From Macrostomum hystrix (Eukaryota > Animalia > Platyhelminthes): a stretch of 64,000 bases of DNA. The stretch lies in contig CATNEN010000007.1 in NCBI GenBank assembly GCA_950097015.1, positions 7,192,001 through 7,256,000 of the forward strand. The letters are read 5' to 3'. The position numbers and the translations under genes were made by a program. A model generated the notes under the pieces. It searched no databases. It was given only the letters and a program-made list of their open reading frames with translations, and was not told the origin of the DNA. Positions within the stretch are counted from its first letter, which is position 1. Each line of letters opens with the position of its first letter. Positions 1 through 25,356 of the stretch are shown here, piece by piece.

Positions 1-625
1 CCATATCCAGTGTATAGACAGTGAGGGTCTCTCGCCAAGAGCAATCCATCTGGGATTTTCTGAAACCCGAGGCCATCAGAAAGGTCTCAAATCGACCGAT
101 TCTTCTGCCCAATGAGCCAGTATCCATGCGCAGCAGCCGTCGCTCACATAGAAACAGGGGAAAGAAATATAGAAGCTCCGATCCAGACGGCTGCAGGAGC
201 CTTGGTGCCTCAGTCGGCATCCCCTGTTCCACTGGCTACTGTCTTTCTTCCCACCGATAGCCGTGGGGCCCACTGTGGAGTCTCTGGCGTGACTCTTCCC
301 CTAATCAGGGAGACTGCTCAGGGGAGGGGGAAATTAAAATGCCAGTCAGCCGCGGGGGTGTGGCAGGGGGTGGGGAACTAATAAGAAATCGGGCTGAGGC
401 TGGCAACTCAATATCCCTACCCGGACAGCAGGCACGGCAGGTTCTGACTGCAGGGCTGACCAAATTGGCACTGAATGCCATGCCCAAATGAGGCAGGATT
501 CTCCGCAGTATTTGAAGGGCCAGTCTCCCGAGTTGCATTAATGTCGATTTATTATCAATTTACTTGGCTGTCCGTTTATTAGAAAATACAATCAAATAGT
601 AAAAACTGGCTGGCATTCACAGCAC

Positions 626-1720
626 CCTGTCACTGAGGTTAGGTATACATTCACACCCTCTTGTCACTGAGGTTCGGTATACATTCACACCCTCCTGTCA
701 CTGAGGTTCGGTATACATTCACACCCTCCTGTCACTGAGGTTCGGTATACATTCACACCCTCCTGTCACTGAGGTTCGGTATACATTCACACCCTCCTGT
801 CACTGAGGTTCGGTATACATTCACACCCTCTTGTCACTGAGGTTCGGTATACATTCACACCCTCCTGTCACTGAGGTTCGGTATACATTCACACCCTCCT
901 GTCACTGAGGTTCGGTATACATTCACACCCTCCTGTTACTGAGGTTCGGTATACATTCACACCCTCCTGTCACTGAGGTTCGGTATACATTCACACCCTC
1001 CTGTCACTGAGGTTCGGTATACATTCACACCCTCCTGTCACTGAGGTTCGGTATACATTCACACCCTCTTGTCACTGAGGTTCGGTATACATTCACACCC
1101 TCCTGTCACTGAGGTTCGGTATACATTCACACCCTCCTGTCACTGAGGTTCGGTATACATTCACACCCTCCTGTCACTGAGGTTCGGTATACATTCACAC
1201 CCTCCTGTCACTGAGGTTCGGTATACATTCACACCCTCCTGTCACTGAGGTTCGGTATACATTCACACCCTCTTGTCACTGAGGTTCGGTATACATTCAC
1301 ACCCTCTTGTCACTGAGGTTCAGTATACATTCACACCCTCCTGTCACTGAGGTTCGGTATACATTCACACCCTCCTGTCACTGAGGTTCGGTATACATTC
1401 ACACCCTCCTGTCACTGAGGTTCGGTATACATTCACACCCTCTTATCACTGAGGTTCGGTATACATTTACACCCTCTTGTCACTGAGGTTCGGTATACAT
1501 TCACACCCTCCTGTCACTGAGGTTCGGTATACATTCACACCCTCCTGTCACTGAGGTTCGGTATACATTCACACCCTCTTGTCACTGAGGTTCGGTATAC
1601 ATTCACACCCTCTTGTCACTGAGGTTCGGTATACATTCACACCCTCCTGTCACTGAGGTTCGGTATACATTCACACCCTCTTGTCACTGAGGTTCGGTAT
1701 ACATTCACACCCTCCTGTCA
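626..1720. repeat. 34-bp minisatellite (CCTGTCACTGAGGTTCGGTATACATTCACACCCT), ~32 copies
   Basis: Period of 34 read directly (tgtcactg at 662, 696, ...); near-identical units with no spacers. Confidence 0.97.
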
Positions 1721-2856
1721 ATTAGGTTCTGTGTCGCGGCATCAGGTTTACTGCAGAATAAGAGGCAGTCATTTTTACTGACTCGCACGCAGCCGAAGGC
1801 AGCCAGCTGTGTTGGGTTGCCATGTGGCTGCATTTACTAGTTAAGGGCAAGATATCAAGTTCACATTAGAAAGAAATAAAAAGTACTGTCATGAATGACG
1901 AACGGAAGACGCCCACGACTGCATGACCATGTAAGGTCTTTTAGAGGCCTATATAGTCACTTACTTCAAGGCGTGTGAGTCTGAATAATAGTACAAGATG
2001 TAAAAATGTAAAAATTGCGTGAAGCGTCAAAAAGTTCTGATGGTTCGTTGTCGTCTTAGAAAATTTAACTGGGTTCAATATAGGCTCGATTGTCATCCTC
2101 ATTGCGAATGGAGTAGAAATTTTAATTTTAATTTTCAAATAAATATTTGAACTCCACCATTACTGTCCCAAGACCTGAAAGTTCCCGAAGTTAAATTTTA
2201 GAACGTTGTTAGGTGAAGTATGTTTATGTGCATGTATAGTCAACTTACTGCTTCCAAAGTCTTGAAGTCCAAAGTGTTGAAATTGAGCCTCTAATTATAT
2301 TAATTTAGTTATAAATACGGATCAAGATCGACAATCCATAACAATTTAGAATCCATGCGTCGATTCATCAATGCAAGCTAAATGTGCAGAGCTGTTCGGA
2401 CTCCCTTTCAATTTGATATCGTTTTGCATTAATAGCTACTTTGTCAGTAGGTATTTATGCTAACAGTAAAAATTTGGTAAGGGCTAGGAGTCAATCATGC
2501 TAGAAATTTATTTGCGGAATTAACTTTTTGCATTTCAAAAAATATTTGGAACTGATTTTAATTTAACTATTGTACGTTTTTAGTCGTCGAAAATAAGACA
2601 TTAATTTCATTTTTGCGCAATTACATCTGTGCCACTTGTTATAACACGTGCAACGTTTGAGTCGTCTATATTAAAGAGCGCGATTTCAAAAGACATGAAA
2701 ATTCCTAATTTCTTCGGCACACAGTGGAAAGTAAGGAGCTAAACGAAACAAATAACGAAAGGTTTTTATTTTTTAGGAAGACGCGTTATTGAAAACTTCT
2801 CTCACACAATACACTCACAGAGCAAAATATAAAATTTTGCTAAGAAAACTTGTGAA

Positions 2857-15219
<12,363 letters not shown>

Positions 15220-16410
15220 GCCGGTCCCCACACTGCTGGCAATCTCAGTGTTTCGTTTTCTTTTTTCTCATCACATTTTCTTGACCGGAGTGTGCGGTGT
15301 CAGTGCGGAAGCAAGTGTTAAACTGCAATGTCGGATTTCTGTCTCTCATCCAAGGGCTGGCAGTTCAGCTGTTTGTCTCTGTTGTCTGTGCTTTGTCTTT
15401 GAAGAATACAATTGTCTAATTCTTAGCTTTTTTATTTAGTGATTTAGTGAAGGTTTCTGACTAAGCGAGGCTAATCTCAAGCACTCACAGTTCAATCATG
15501 ATTCTCTTGTTTGCTAACATAATTATAATACTCAAATAATGTTTGTTATAATTCAGAAAAGGTTCAAATCCTTGTCGACTCCAGAAGGGCCAGGACTTGC
15601 TTCTGAAGTTGTGCATGCGTTTTCTAACCTCAGCCCCCTCTACCGCACTTCACTGTTTTATCACCGCTATATATATATATTTGGTTAAGTGAAATTTAGA
15701 CTGCTATAGTATATTCACGTAAACACTTCTGTATACCGATTGTTATTTGTTATTATTGTTGCTTGCGTCAATGCGATGAGTAATGTGCGTAGCAGTTTGG
15801 CATTAGTTCTGGATTAACAGTTTAACATTGTTTCTTTGGTTTTCTCGTTTCGGACACTGCAGCCATTCTCAATCAAGCAAAATTTATATTTTCACTATGT
15901 GTGTCAACCATTTTTATCCTATTTATTTTTCATTTTTTTCTACCCAAATGTTCAATACATGCGCCTGATAGTAGGCACAGAGGGATCGGAGCCGTTTAAT
16001 TTATTTCATCAATTTTCTCTCCTGTGATTTCATAGCCGGCAGCCTGCCTAGTCAGCGACCGAGGGCTCATCTTTGGGTCATTGTGAATTTTCTGTCATTT
16101 ATACTTTCTTATTTTAGTATTACTTTTAATAACGAGACTTCGTTTTTGCGCTCTGCACTTTGTACTCTCCCTACAGACTGCACTCTTATGATGCAGCTTT
16201 TAGTTCTTAAGTATCTGTTTATTTCCTGAAGCTTGGTTGTTTGTTAAAATAACAGCTCTAATAGTTCACAATCAATCAATCATTCTTTTTATCTATATAC
16301 TATTTTAGAGATCAATAATATCGGTCGGAAATCAAAAAGGCCAGAAAAAAACTTAAAAATTAATTTTTTGTACAAAAAACGGTGTGTAGGCGATCTAAAA
16401 ACTAAATAAT

Positions 16411-17630
16411 AAATCGATAAGAAATCGATAAAATCGATAAGAAATCGATAAAATCGATAAGAAATCGATAAAATCGATAAGAAATCGATAAAATAGATAA
16501 GAAATCGAGAAAATCGAGAATAAATCGATAAGATCGATGAGAAATCGATAAGATCGATAAGAAATCGATAAGATCGATAAGAAATCGATAAGATCGATAA
16601 GAAATCGATAAGATCGATAAGAAATCGATAAGATCGATAAGAAATCGATAAGATCGATAAGAAATCGATAAGATCGATAAGAAATCGATAAGATCGATAA
16701 GAAATCGATAAGATCGATAAGAAATCGATAAAATCGAGAATAAATCGATAAGATCGATAAGAAATCGATAAGATGGATAAGAAATCGATAAGATGGATAA
16801 GAAATCGATAAGATGGATAAGAAATCGATAAAATCGAGAATAAATCGATAAGATCGATAAGAAATCGATAAGATGGATAAGAAATCGATAAGATGGATAA
16901 GAAATCGATAAGATGGATAAGAAATCGATAAGATGGATAAGAAATCGATAAGATCGATAAGAAATCGATAAGATCGATAAGAAATCGATAAGATCGATAA
17001 GAAATCGATAAGATCGATAAGAAATCGATAAGATCGATAAGAAATCGATAAGATCGATAAGAAATCGATAAGATCGATAAGAAATCGATAAGATCGATAA
17101 GAAATCGATAAGATCGATAAGAAATCGATAAAATCGAGAATAAATCGATAAGATCGATAAGAAATCGATAAGATGGATAAGAAATCGATAAGATGGATAA
17201 GAAATCGATAAGATGGATAAGAAATCGATAAGATGGATAAGAAATCGATAAGATCGATAAGAAATCGATAAGATCGATAAGAAATCGATAAGATCGATAA
17301 GAAATCGATAAGATCGATAAGAAATCGATAAGATCGATAAGAAATCGATAAGATCGATAAGAAATCGATAAGATCGATAAGAAATCGATAAAATCGAGAA
17401 TAAATCGATAAGATCGATAAGAAATCGATAAGATGGATAAGAAATCGATAAGATGGATAAGAAATCGATAAGATGGATAAGAAATCGATAAGATGGATAA
17501 GAAATCGATAAGATCGATAAGAAATCGATAAGATCGATAAGAAATCGATAAGATCGATAAGAAATCGATAAGATCGATAAGAAATCGATAAGATCGATAA
17601 GAAATCGATAAGATCGATAAGAAATCGATA
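16411..17630. repeat. 20-bp minisatellite (GAAATCGATAAGATCGATAA) built from 10-bp subunits
   Basis: Direct periodicity; explains the spurious 418-aa ORF. Confidence 0.97.
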
Positions 17631-18105
17631 TGGTCTATTAGAAGTCGACAAAAAGCTATAAGGTAATAGTTCTTTCGATAAGTTTATGATCTTATAGATA
17701 AAAAAGAAAATATTTAATTAAAACTATTTGATTTGCTATAATAACAAATATTGAATTTCTAATTGCAAATCCTAGTTCACTTTTTTCTAACAAAAAACTT
17801 ACTCGTACGTGCATTATTGTTTCACGGACTAATGAACACTCCAAAAATAGCTTGCTTTGTGGCTCCTTTTAGAAGTGCACTCAAGCAGTATGTCCAGCTA
17901 AAATCCTCCAATTGCTTTTTTCGGCTTATTTGTTGTTTAAATCAAGCTGTTTTGCGTTGCTAATTATTCAACGTTTATGAACGAATCTACTTGTTGTGAC
18001 GCGGTACCCCAGAATCTATGATTGACATGCTTAGTAGCTGTGAGTAGTAGAGAGATTACTGCTTGTGAACAGACATGAATTTCCGAACACAATAATTATC
18101 GGAGT

Positions 18106-19122
18106 CCGAATCCCAATCATCATCCCAACCCGAATCCCAATCATTATCCCAACCCGAATCCCAATCATCATCCCAACCCAAATCCTAATCATTATCCCAA
18201 CCCGAATCCCAATCATTATCCCAACCCGAATCCTAATCATTATCCAAACCCGAATCCCAATCATTATCCCAACCCAAATCCTAATCATTATCCCAACCCG
18301 AATCCTAATCATTATCCCAACCCGAATCCCAATCATTATCCCAATCCAAATCCTAATCATTATCCCAACCCGAATCCCAATCATTATCCCAACCCGAATC
18401 CCAATCATTATCCCAACCCGAATCCTAATCATTATCCCAACCCGAATCCAAATCATTATCCCAACCCAAATCCTAATCATTATCCCAACCCGAATCCCAA
18501 TCATTATCCCAATCCAAATCCTAATCATTATCCCAACCCGAATCCCAATCATTATCCCAACCCGAATCCCAATCATTATCCCAACCCGAATCCCAATCAT
18601 TATCCCAACCCGAATCCTAATCATTATCCCAACCCGAATCCCAATCATTATCCCAACCCGAATCCTAATCATTATCCCAACCCGAATCCCAATCATTATC
18701 CCAACCCGAATCCCAATCATTATCCCAACCCGAATCCCAATCATTATCCCAACCCAAATCATAATCATTATCCCAACCCAAATCCTAATCATTATCCCAA
18801 CCCGAATCCCAATCATTATCCCAACCCGAATCCCAATCATTATCCCAACCCGAATCCCAATCATTATCCCAACCCGAATCCTAATCATTATCCCAACCCG
18901 AATCCTAATCATTATCCCAACCCGAATCCCAATCATTATCCCAACCCGAATCCTAATCATTATCCCAACCCGAATCCTAATCATTATCCCAACCCGAATC
19001 CCAATCATAATCCCAACCCAAATCCTAATCATTATCCCAACCCGAATCCCAATCATTATCCCAACCCGAATCCCAATCATTATCCCAACCCGAATCCCAA
19101 TCATTATCCCAACCCAAATCCT
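18106..19122. repeat. 24-bp minisatellite (CCCGAATCCCAATCATTATCCCAA), ~42 copies
   Basis: Direct periodicity; stop-free on both strands, giving spurious ORFs. Confidence 0.97.
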
Positions 19123-19579
19123 TATCTGGATGTATCAAGAAGCCACCAACTAGCTGTAGCAGCAGATTGATTTCTGTCTGTATTTCCAATTCCAATTCGC
19201 ACCTGTCACTGTATTAACTGGCTCGCGATAAGTTCTGTTTTGCTTTTTGTGAATTTTTTGTTTCCAGAGTCACATAAACAGACCGCCCTGTTGTTTTTCT
19301 AGTTTCACTGTCTATATTTACTATGCTCACATTGACGATATTATACCTAAAACAGTTTAACTGCTTTTGAAAAAGCTTAAATTAAAACTAATATTGCAAA
19401 AAACTGTGTTTTATTCACAAAAGAAAAATATTATCTCTGCATTATTTTGTTCATCCTTTTCAAAATAAATTGTTTCTGGTATTGGGATCTTCATAGCGGT
19501 AATGCTTCTGGCACTGGCATCAGTGGTCCTTAGTTCACGTCAGCGACGTAATATAGTTCTCAATAAAACTCACCAAAGA

Positions 19580-19693
19580 AAACTACAAGCAACAGCAGGC
19601 AAACTACAAGCAACAGCAGGCAAACTACAAGCAACAGCAGGCAAACTAAAAGCAACAGCAGGCAAACTAAAAGCAACAGCAGGCAAACTACAA
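19580..19693. repeat. 21-bp tandem repeat (AAACTACAAGCAACAGCAGGC), ~5 copies, abutting a SINE head
   Basis: Direct periodicity. Confidence 0.9.
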
Positions 19694-19694
19694 A

Positions 19695-20044
19695 GGGAGT
19701 GAGTGGCAGAGCGGTTAACGCGTTTGCCTCTCGCGCCAAGGTCCCTGAGCTCGATTCCGCTGCGAGGCCACATTCATTCGGGGCGCAGCTGCGGAGAGAA
19801 GCCTTGGGGAAATTTACGTCCTTGAGGGCCAACCTCCAAGGCACAGTGAAATGTGCACTGCCTGACGATGAGAAAGCCAGAGCATATGTACACGTGAGCG
19901 TAACCTTGCGTACAGTATCTGTGTGGGTGTGTGCTCAGGAGTCAGCGAAATGGGCAGAATTGCCTCCTCGCTGGCTGCGGGTCTAGTGTCACCAATTGAT
20001 GTGCCATTGTAGGTTGCAGCCTGCATTAATTATTATTAATATTA
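19695..20044 (+). mobile_element. tRNA-derived SINE, family B
   Basis: A-box-like TGGCAGAGCGG, B-box-like GCTCGATTCC, ~330-bp body shared with 29568-29905, (ATT)-rich tail. Confidence 0.8.
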
Positions 20045-21106
20045 GGCACAGTAAAAGCGACAGCAAGCAAAGTTTACAAACCTGAAAAGCACCCATATTA
20101 TACAGTGGAACGTGGCCAATATGATGGTCGAAAGCCAAATTAAAACAAATAAACAAAAGGAAAGTGAAGATCACAAAATTAAATTATTCATCCTTTGTCA
20201 CCCCTGACTGCGGTGATTTTTTTCCCTCACGGCGTCACCGCAGTCTGTGGCTTGCATTGAATAATTTTCGGTTTAGACTGGATTCGGACTTCACTACTCC
20301 CGTGTACTTTTACCAGCCCGTCCGAAATGTTACAGCAATTAAAGCTAATAGGCCAACTCTGTTACTGTGGCACCTCGGGGCCTGGCGAGTTGCCAGGGCC
20401 TAATGACAGTGTTTCTAGTTGCCATGCTGGCCCGACCTTAGTCTAATCCTGTTTAGTTTTGAGTGATAAGGAAGTTGTGTAAAGTCAAGCAACATTTTTT
20501 GTTCGTATCAAGGGCAACATTAAATTCGCTAAATTTTATTTAATCAGACTTTTTTACTACTAAAATTTGAAATTGTTGAAATAAACATGAAAAAACTAGC
20601 GAGATAACAGACTTAGCTGTACGTATATAATTGAATGAAAATGTACAAGAGGAAAATGAAATAGCAAAGATGGAGTCATGCATGTGATTTTACATGCAAT
20701 GAAGTTATGTCAGGTGAATATTGATTAAAATGATTAAAAAATGTATTCAATTGTCAAAGAGATTTTAAAATTTTAGCCACTAGCTAGCTTGGCTGCAGAA
20801 AATTGTAAAATTGCATTCGAAACAAGGTTCGAATTGGTCAGGTATTTCCTGACTTCGAGAAAGTACAGCAACACGACAACAAACAATAATTAAGTAGCAT
20901 ATTAATCAGGGTCGTGCAAAAACTAGAACAACTTGTTGTTCCATTGTCAATTATAAAATGAACATAAGGAGTAGTTGATTGCCACGTAATGCCATTATTC
21001 AATTCACATTTACATATTCGGTTATATTGTTGTTTAATGAGGCACCATACTGGTGCCTAACTATCAACTATCAACTATTGTTTATAAAAAAGGCTAGAAA
21101 ATTCAT

Positions 21107-21704
21107 TTAGCGACGTCTGACCGGGTTCTGCATTGGCCTGCCGCTGCTGCCACCGCCGGCACCGAGGCCGCTGCTGCGTCTATCCCCGCTGCTGCTGCCG
21201 CCGCCGCCACTGCAGCAGCCGCTGCTCCAGACGGTGTTGCCAAAGTCAACTCGGGCACCTCGCCTCACTCCGTTGCCAACCGGGCAGTACTTGACCGTGT
21301 GCGCAGCGGTGCCCGTGGCAAAGCAGATGGGACACTTGTAGCTCTGCAGCACCGGGCAGACGACGTCGCCATTGCCGTCTTTGACAGTGTGACCGCGGTA
21401 GAAAGACTCCGGCTCGCCGTTGTTCTTACAGAAGACACACAGCACCGGTCGACTTGGCCGACGCTCGTGCTTCAGCAGGATGTCACGAAGCTGCTGCTCG
21501 CTTTTCATGACAGCTCCAGCTGAACAGTTCCCTGGCACCGAGACAATCGCAAGCTGCTGCCTGCGGGTTGGTGTTTGTATGTTCTTGAATTAGATTGAAG
21601 GCTGTTTCAGAGCCGACAATTTGTTTATTCGTATTAAATTTGTTGGAAAAACTGGCTCACCTATCCTGCAGGGCTTGGATGAAGCGCTGGATGTTCGTCT
21701 CCAT
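21107..21704 (-). CDS. nanos: Nanos-family RNA-binding zinc-finger protein, ~165 aa, two exons
   Basis: Double CCHC finger CVFCKNNGE...HTVKD...CPVLQSYKCPICFATGTAAHTVKYCP. Exon 1 21704-21661 (METNIQRFIQALQD), 100-nt GT-AG intron, exon 2 21560-21107 in frame. Confidence 0.92.
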
Positions 21705-21768
21705 CTCGAAATTGTGACTGGGCTGTTTGTTAGTAAATGCTCTACTTTAGTCCTGGTGGAGTGTCTCC

Positions 21769-21862
21769 TTTATAGCGAAAAATAGGCCTTTCCACCTCCT
21801 GCATAAGAGCTAAAGCCCTCGCCTCCATGGACCAATCAGAAGCGAGTCATTCAGCCATTGGT
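21769..21862 (-). promoter_or_regulatory. Putative nanos core promoter (TATAAA at 21774-21769; CCAAT boxes near 21832 and 21857)
   Basis: TATAAA ~65 bp upstream of the exon-1 ATG, with CCAAT motifs in both orientations further upstream. Confidence 0.5.
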
Positions 21863-23245
21863 TGGGCAGACACATTCAAACTGGGGCTTCTTGCTGAATT
21901 GCTATTTGCTACTTGTAGTAGCACTTCTTGAGCGCTGATTTCTACAATTTTTTAGTTTAAAAACATTCAATGTGAAGGTTGAAAAAGTGAAAATCATATA
22001 TCGTTACATTTTTACAAAAAAGTGGGCATTAGGCTAACCAAGCCATTGAGCAGGAGAAAACTCAATTCCTTCCGCGCAGCAAGGTAAAATGCCTTCACAG
22101 TGCCTTCACAGAATTATCAAAGCTTGTTTCTTTTGATACAACCGCCCTCGACCAATTTAAAAAAATGTACCCACGCTCGAAGATAAAAAAATGACACAAA
22201 AATGAGCAGATTCGCTGAGAGTACACCTCCCTCTCAGGTAAGGTGTCCGTAGCTCAATCTTCATTCACTCAGTGCTTTTAGAATTTGGTAATAAAAAATA
22301 AAAGCTTTTACAATTTCCATTTTAACTGTTATTTGTCTGTCACTTGCCCTTAGCGAGCATTTGCTAAAGACAGATTCAAAGACTTGTCAGAAACAAAACA
22401 AGTTAAGGATTCAATGCAAAATTCGCTACTTTTTAGCTTCTTACCCAATAAATATATCTTTGATTTTTGTAGTTTAAGACAGACAGACATCTTCGTATAG
22501 TATCAAAACATATTTTTAGACGAGAGTTTATCCACGCTCCTGTCTTTCTTACTTTATGAAGCATCATAAAGCATGTGACTTGCTTCATAAAGTATGTGAC
22601 TAAGAAATTTTTCTTAGATTTCTCCTGTCTTTCCTACCATGCCTTTCTTAGTATATTTTGTGCCCTCCGCTTTGTTCGTTAGGTGGGTTCTCGATCGATT
22701 ATTGTAAGATAAGACCCTCGAACCCCAAATTTCACACCCAACCCTCAAGGCCGCCATCTTCAGTTGGGCCCCACAAACCCTGCGCTGATCATGTGATATT
22801 TTACAAGTTAGATGTCGACTCCGCATTTAATATATCCTATGTACGCGCTCGTGAATACTAAATTATTTTTAAAGGCTCTATAATTCCCGGTTGTTTTCTT
22901 ATCTATGCGCATTAGGACAAGCTAGGAAAACGAGAAAAATTGTTTTATGAATTTAAATTTTTAACCTTGGCATTGTCTCTTATCAGTATACGATTATTAT
23001 CTCATTCTTTACTATTTAGTAATGAAGGCCTAGGCTAAACTGAAGTACTTTTAATATATAATTGCATACGTGAAAGTTCAACGTGAAATTCAGTCTCAGT
23101 GTTAAACTTAACTTTAAATTAAACTGTCAAGTTATTTAAACTGCCTCTTCTCCCGTGTCTTCCATGATAAGCTAACTGTTACCTATGAGAGATGAGAAAC
23201 GGTTAAGTTTAAGCTTCGAGTTTAGTTTAGCTTTAAGCAGTTTAA

Positions 23246-23645
23246 GCCGGCACTCTGGTGTTAAAAAAAGATTTAAGTTGTCTTCGATGTTGTCCGACGG
23301 ATTCAAGCCAGGGTTGATTCCCGGGGTGCCCAAAAACTCTCGCTGTTGGACATGAATCGCATCAGTATGTTCATTTACGATTTGCCATGGCGTTGCTTGA
23401 ACCTCTGGAGTCTGCTGTGTTTCGTCCATTCCTTCATCTCCAGTTCCTTCTTCAAATTCAGAATTGTCAGATTCCGTTTCGCCGTCTGAGCTGCTTTCTG
23501 AATCACTGTGCAAGCCTAGAGCGCGTCTGGCTTCTAAGGCCGCAACTCTTAAAGAGCGTCTGGGGGCTAAAGCCATTTTTTGGAGAGAAAAAGAGACTGA
23601 AAATAGGGAAGTTCTGGGCTTATTTTTGTTTACGAGTACCGGAGG
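23246..23645 (-). mobile_element. piggyBac-like transposon fragment (N-terminal part of transposase)
   Basis: ORF 23576-23172 has an acidic N-terminus followed by W...FLGTPG...LNLFLTPE, resembling the start of piggyBac/PGBD transposases, then truncates; TTAA at 23242-23245 and 23646-23649. Confidence 0.55.
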
Positions 23646-24024
23646 TTAAGAGAGTGAAGAAGCGAGCAAAAATAGTCTATGGCCAGTCCTGCTGGCCATC
23701 CGGCAGAACTGACTGTGTAGGCGTTAGAGCTTAGGTTTGAAGAGGTTAAACAAAGAGGTTTAAACAAAGTAATTAGTGTTTGATAACACATTTTGTGTCC
23801 ATTTAATAATCCGAAATACCAAGTAGATCAGTCGATTGAAAACTTTCGAGTGAGCTGTAGCAGATCTTCGGGCCTTTGGAGATTTGTATCTCACCTCCAT
23901 TCTCATACAATTAGGCTTTATAGAGCAGGGGCAGGGGGTTTATTATTTTTATGGTATCCAACAATCTTTATGTAGTCCGTCTCAGTTCACTGAGAGTAAG
24001 CGTAACTGGGTAGAAAAAAGACAG

Positions 24025-24170
24025 GAGAGATGAGACAGAAGAGATGATATAAGAGAAAGATGAGACAGGACAGAAAAGAGATGAGACAGAAAAGAGATGA
24101 GACAGGGGAGATGAGACAGAAAAGAGATGAGACAGGGGAGAGATGAGACAGGGGAGAGATGAGACAGCGA
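24025..24170. repeat. GA-rich degenerate repeat (GAGATGAGACAG)
   Basis: Repeated motif seen directly. Confidence 0.75.
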
Positions 24171-24777
24171 GAAAGGGCCAGTGTTTGAAGGGGGCCATGC
24201 AGAGTGCTAGGAAAGTAGAGTTAGGAAAATAGTGGGCTGGATCTGGCATGTGTCTCAGACTTTTCAGACCCTGCTTTATAGAGCGTCCGAATCCGACATG
24301 TTGGAAAATGTAACCAATATGAGCATTGGGTACCAATTTTTGTACATTTTTTCTTAACAAGGCTATTCAATATTTGTCAGTCATTGTGACTGTATCCGCC
24401 ACTGCTTGCTGGTATTATCAACGCATCTGTGGTATAATATCAACGCGCACAAGTTCCTACTTGTAGTAGCACTCTAGTTTCATATGCCACAGATCGTGTA
24501 TTTTGTTAACCTAACGGAATGACGACAAAGCAGAAGCAGAAGTTTACATTCGCGATGATTTCTAATGATTTGAAAACTGGGCATACGAAATACTGAAAAA
24601 ACCGAAGAGTAGAAATTGCGTGGATTCGCTTAAAAACCTCAAATTGGGTGGAAATTAATTATAATCAAAGAGGTAAATTAGTATTCAATCATATTTCTAG
24701 CATTTTTAGTGAATTTCCAAAAATTAACTCAACGTTTATAACTGCATCTATTACACTCATTCATACATTCACAGCTA

Positions 24778-25356
24778 CATTCAAACCCGCATTCACACCC
24801 GCATTCCCACCCGCATTCACACCCGGATTCACACCCGCATTCACCCTGCATTCACACCCGCATTCACACCCGCATTCACACCTGAATTCACACCCGCATT
24901 CACACTCGCATTCCCACCCGCATTCAAACCCAGATTCACACCCGCATTCACCCTGCATTCACACCCGCATTCACACCCGCATTCACACCTGAATCCACAC
25001 CCGCATTCACACTCGCATTCCCACCCGCATTCAAACCCGGATTCACACCCGCATTCACCCTGCATTCACACCTGCATCCACACCCGCATTCACACCTCCA
25101 TTCACCCTGCATTCACAACTGCATTCACAATCGCATTCACACCCGCATTCACACCTGCATTCACACCTGAATTCACACCCGCATTCACACTCGCATTCCC
25201 ACCCGCATTCACACCTCCATTCACCCTGCATTCACACCCGCATTCACACCCGCATTCACACCTGAATTCACACCCGCATTCACACTCGCATTCCCACCCG
25301 CATTCAAACCCGGATTCACACCTGCATTCACACCTGAATTCACACCTGCATTCACA
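24778..25356. repeat. 12-bp degenerate minisatellite (CATTCACACCCG)
   Basis: Direct periodicity; ends at the stop codon of the 420-aa ORF. Confidence 0.93.

Noticed and set aside
1-560. Possible coding or retroelement fragment at the window start
   Set aside because: No recognisable motif in any frame.
626-1720. CRISPR-like 34-bp repeats (also the 32-bp array at 59057 and the 38-bp array at 34657)
   Set aside because: Units are head-to-tail with no unique spacers, there are no cas genes, and the context is eukaryotic.
16395-19153. Long ORFs of 357-418 aa (also 6020-7117, 8749-9534, 12395, 13160, 52737-53409)
   Set aside because: They are translations of stop-free minisatellites.
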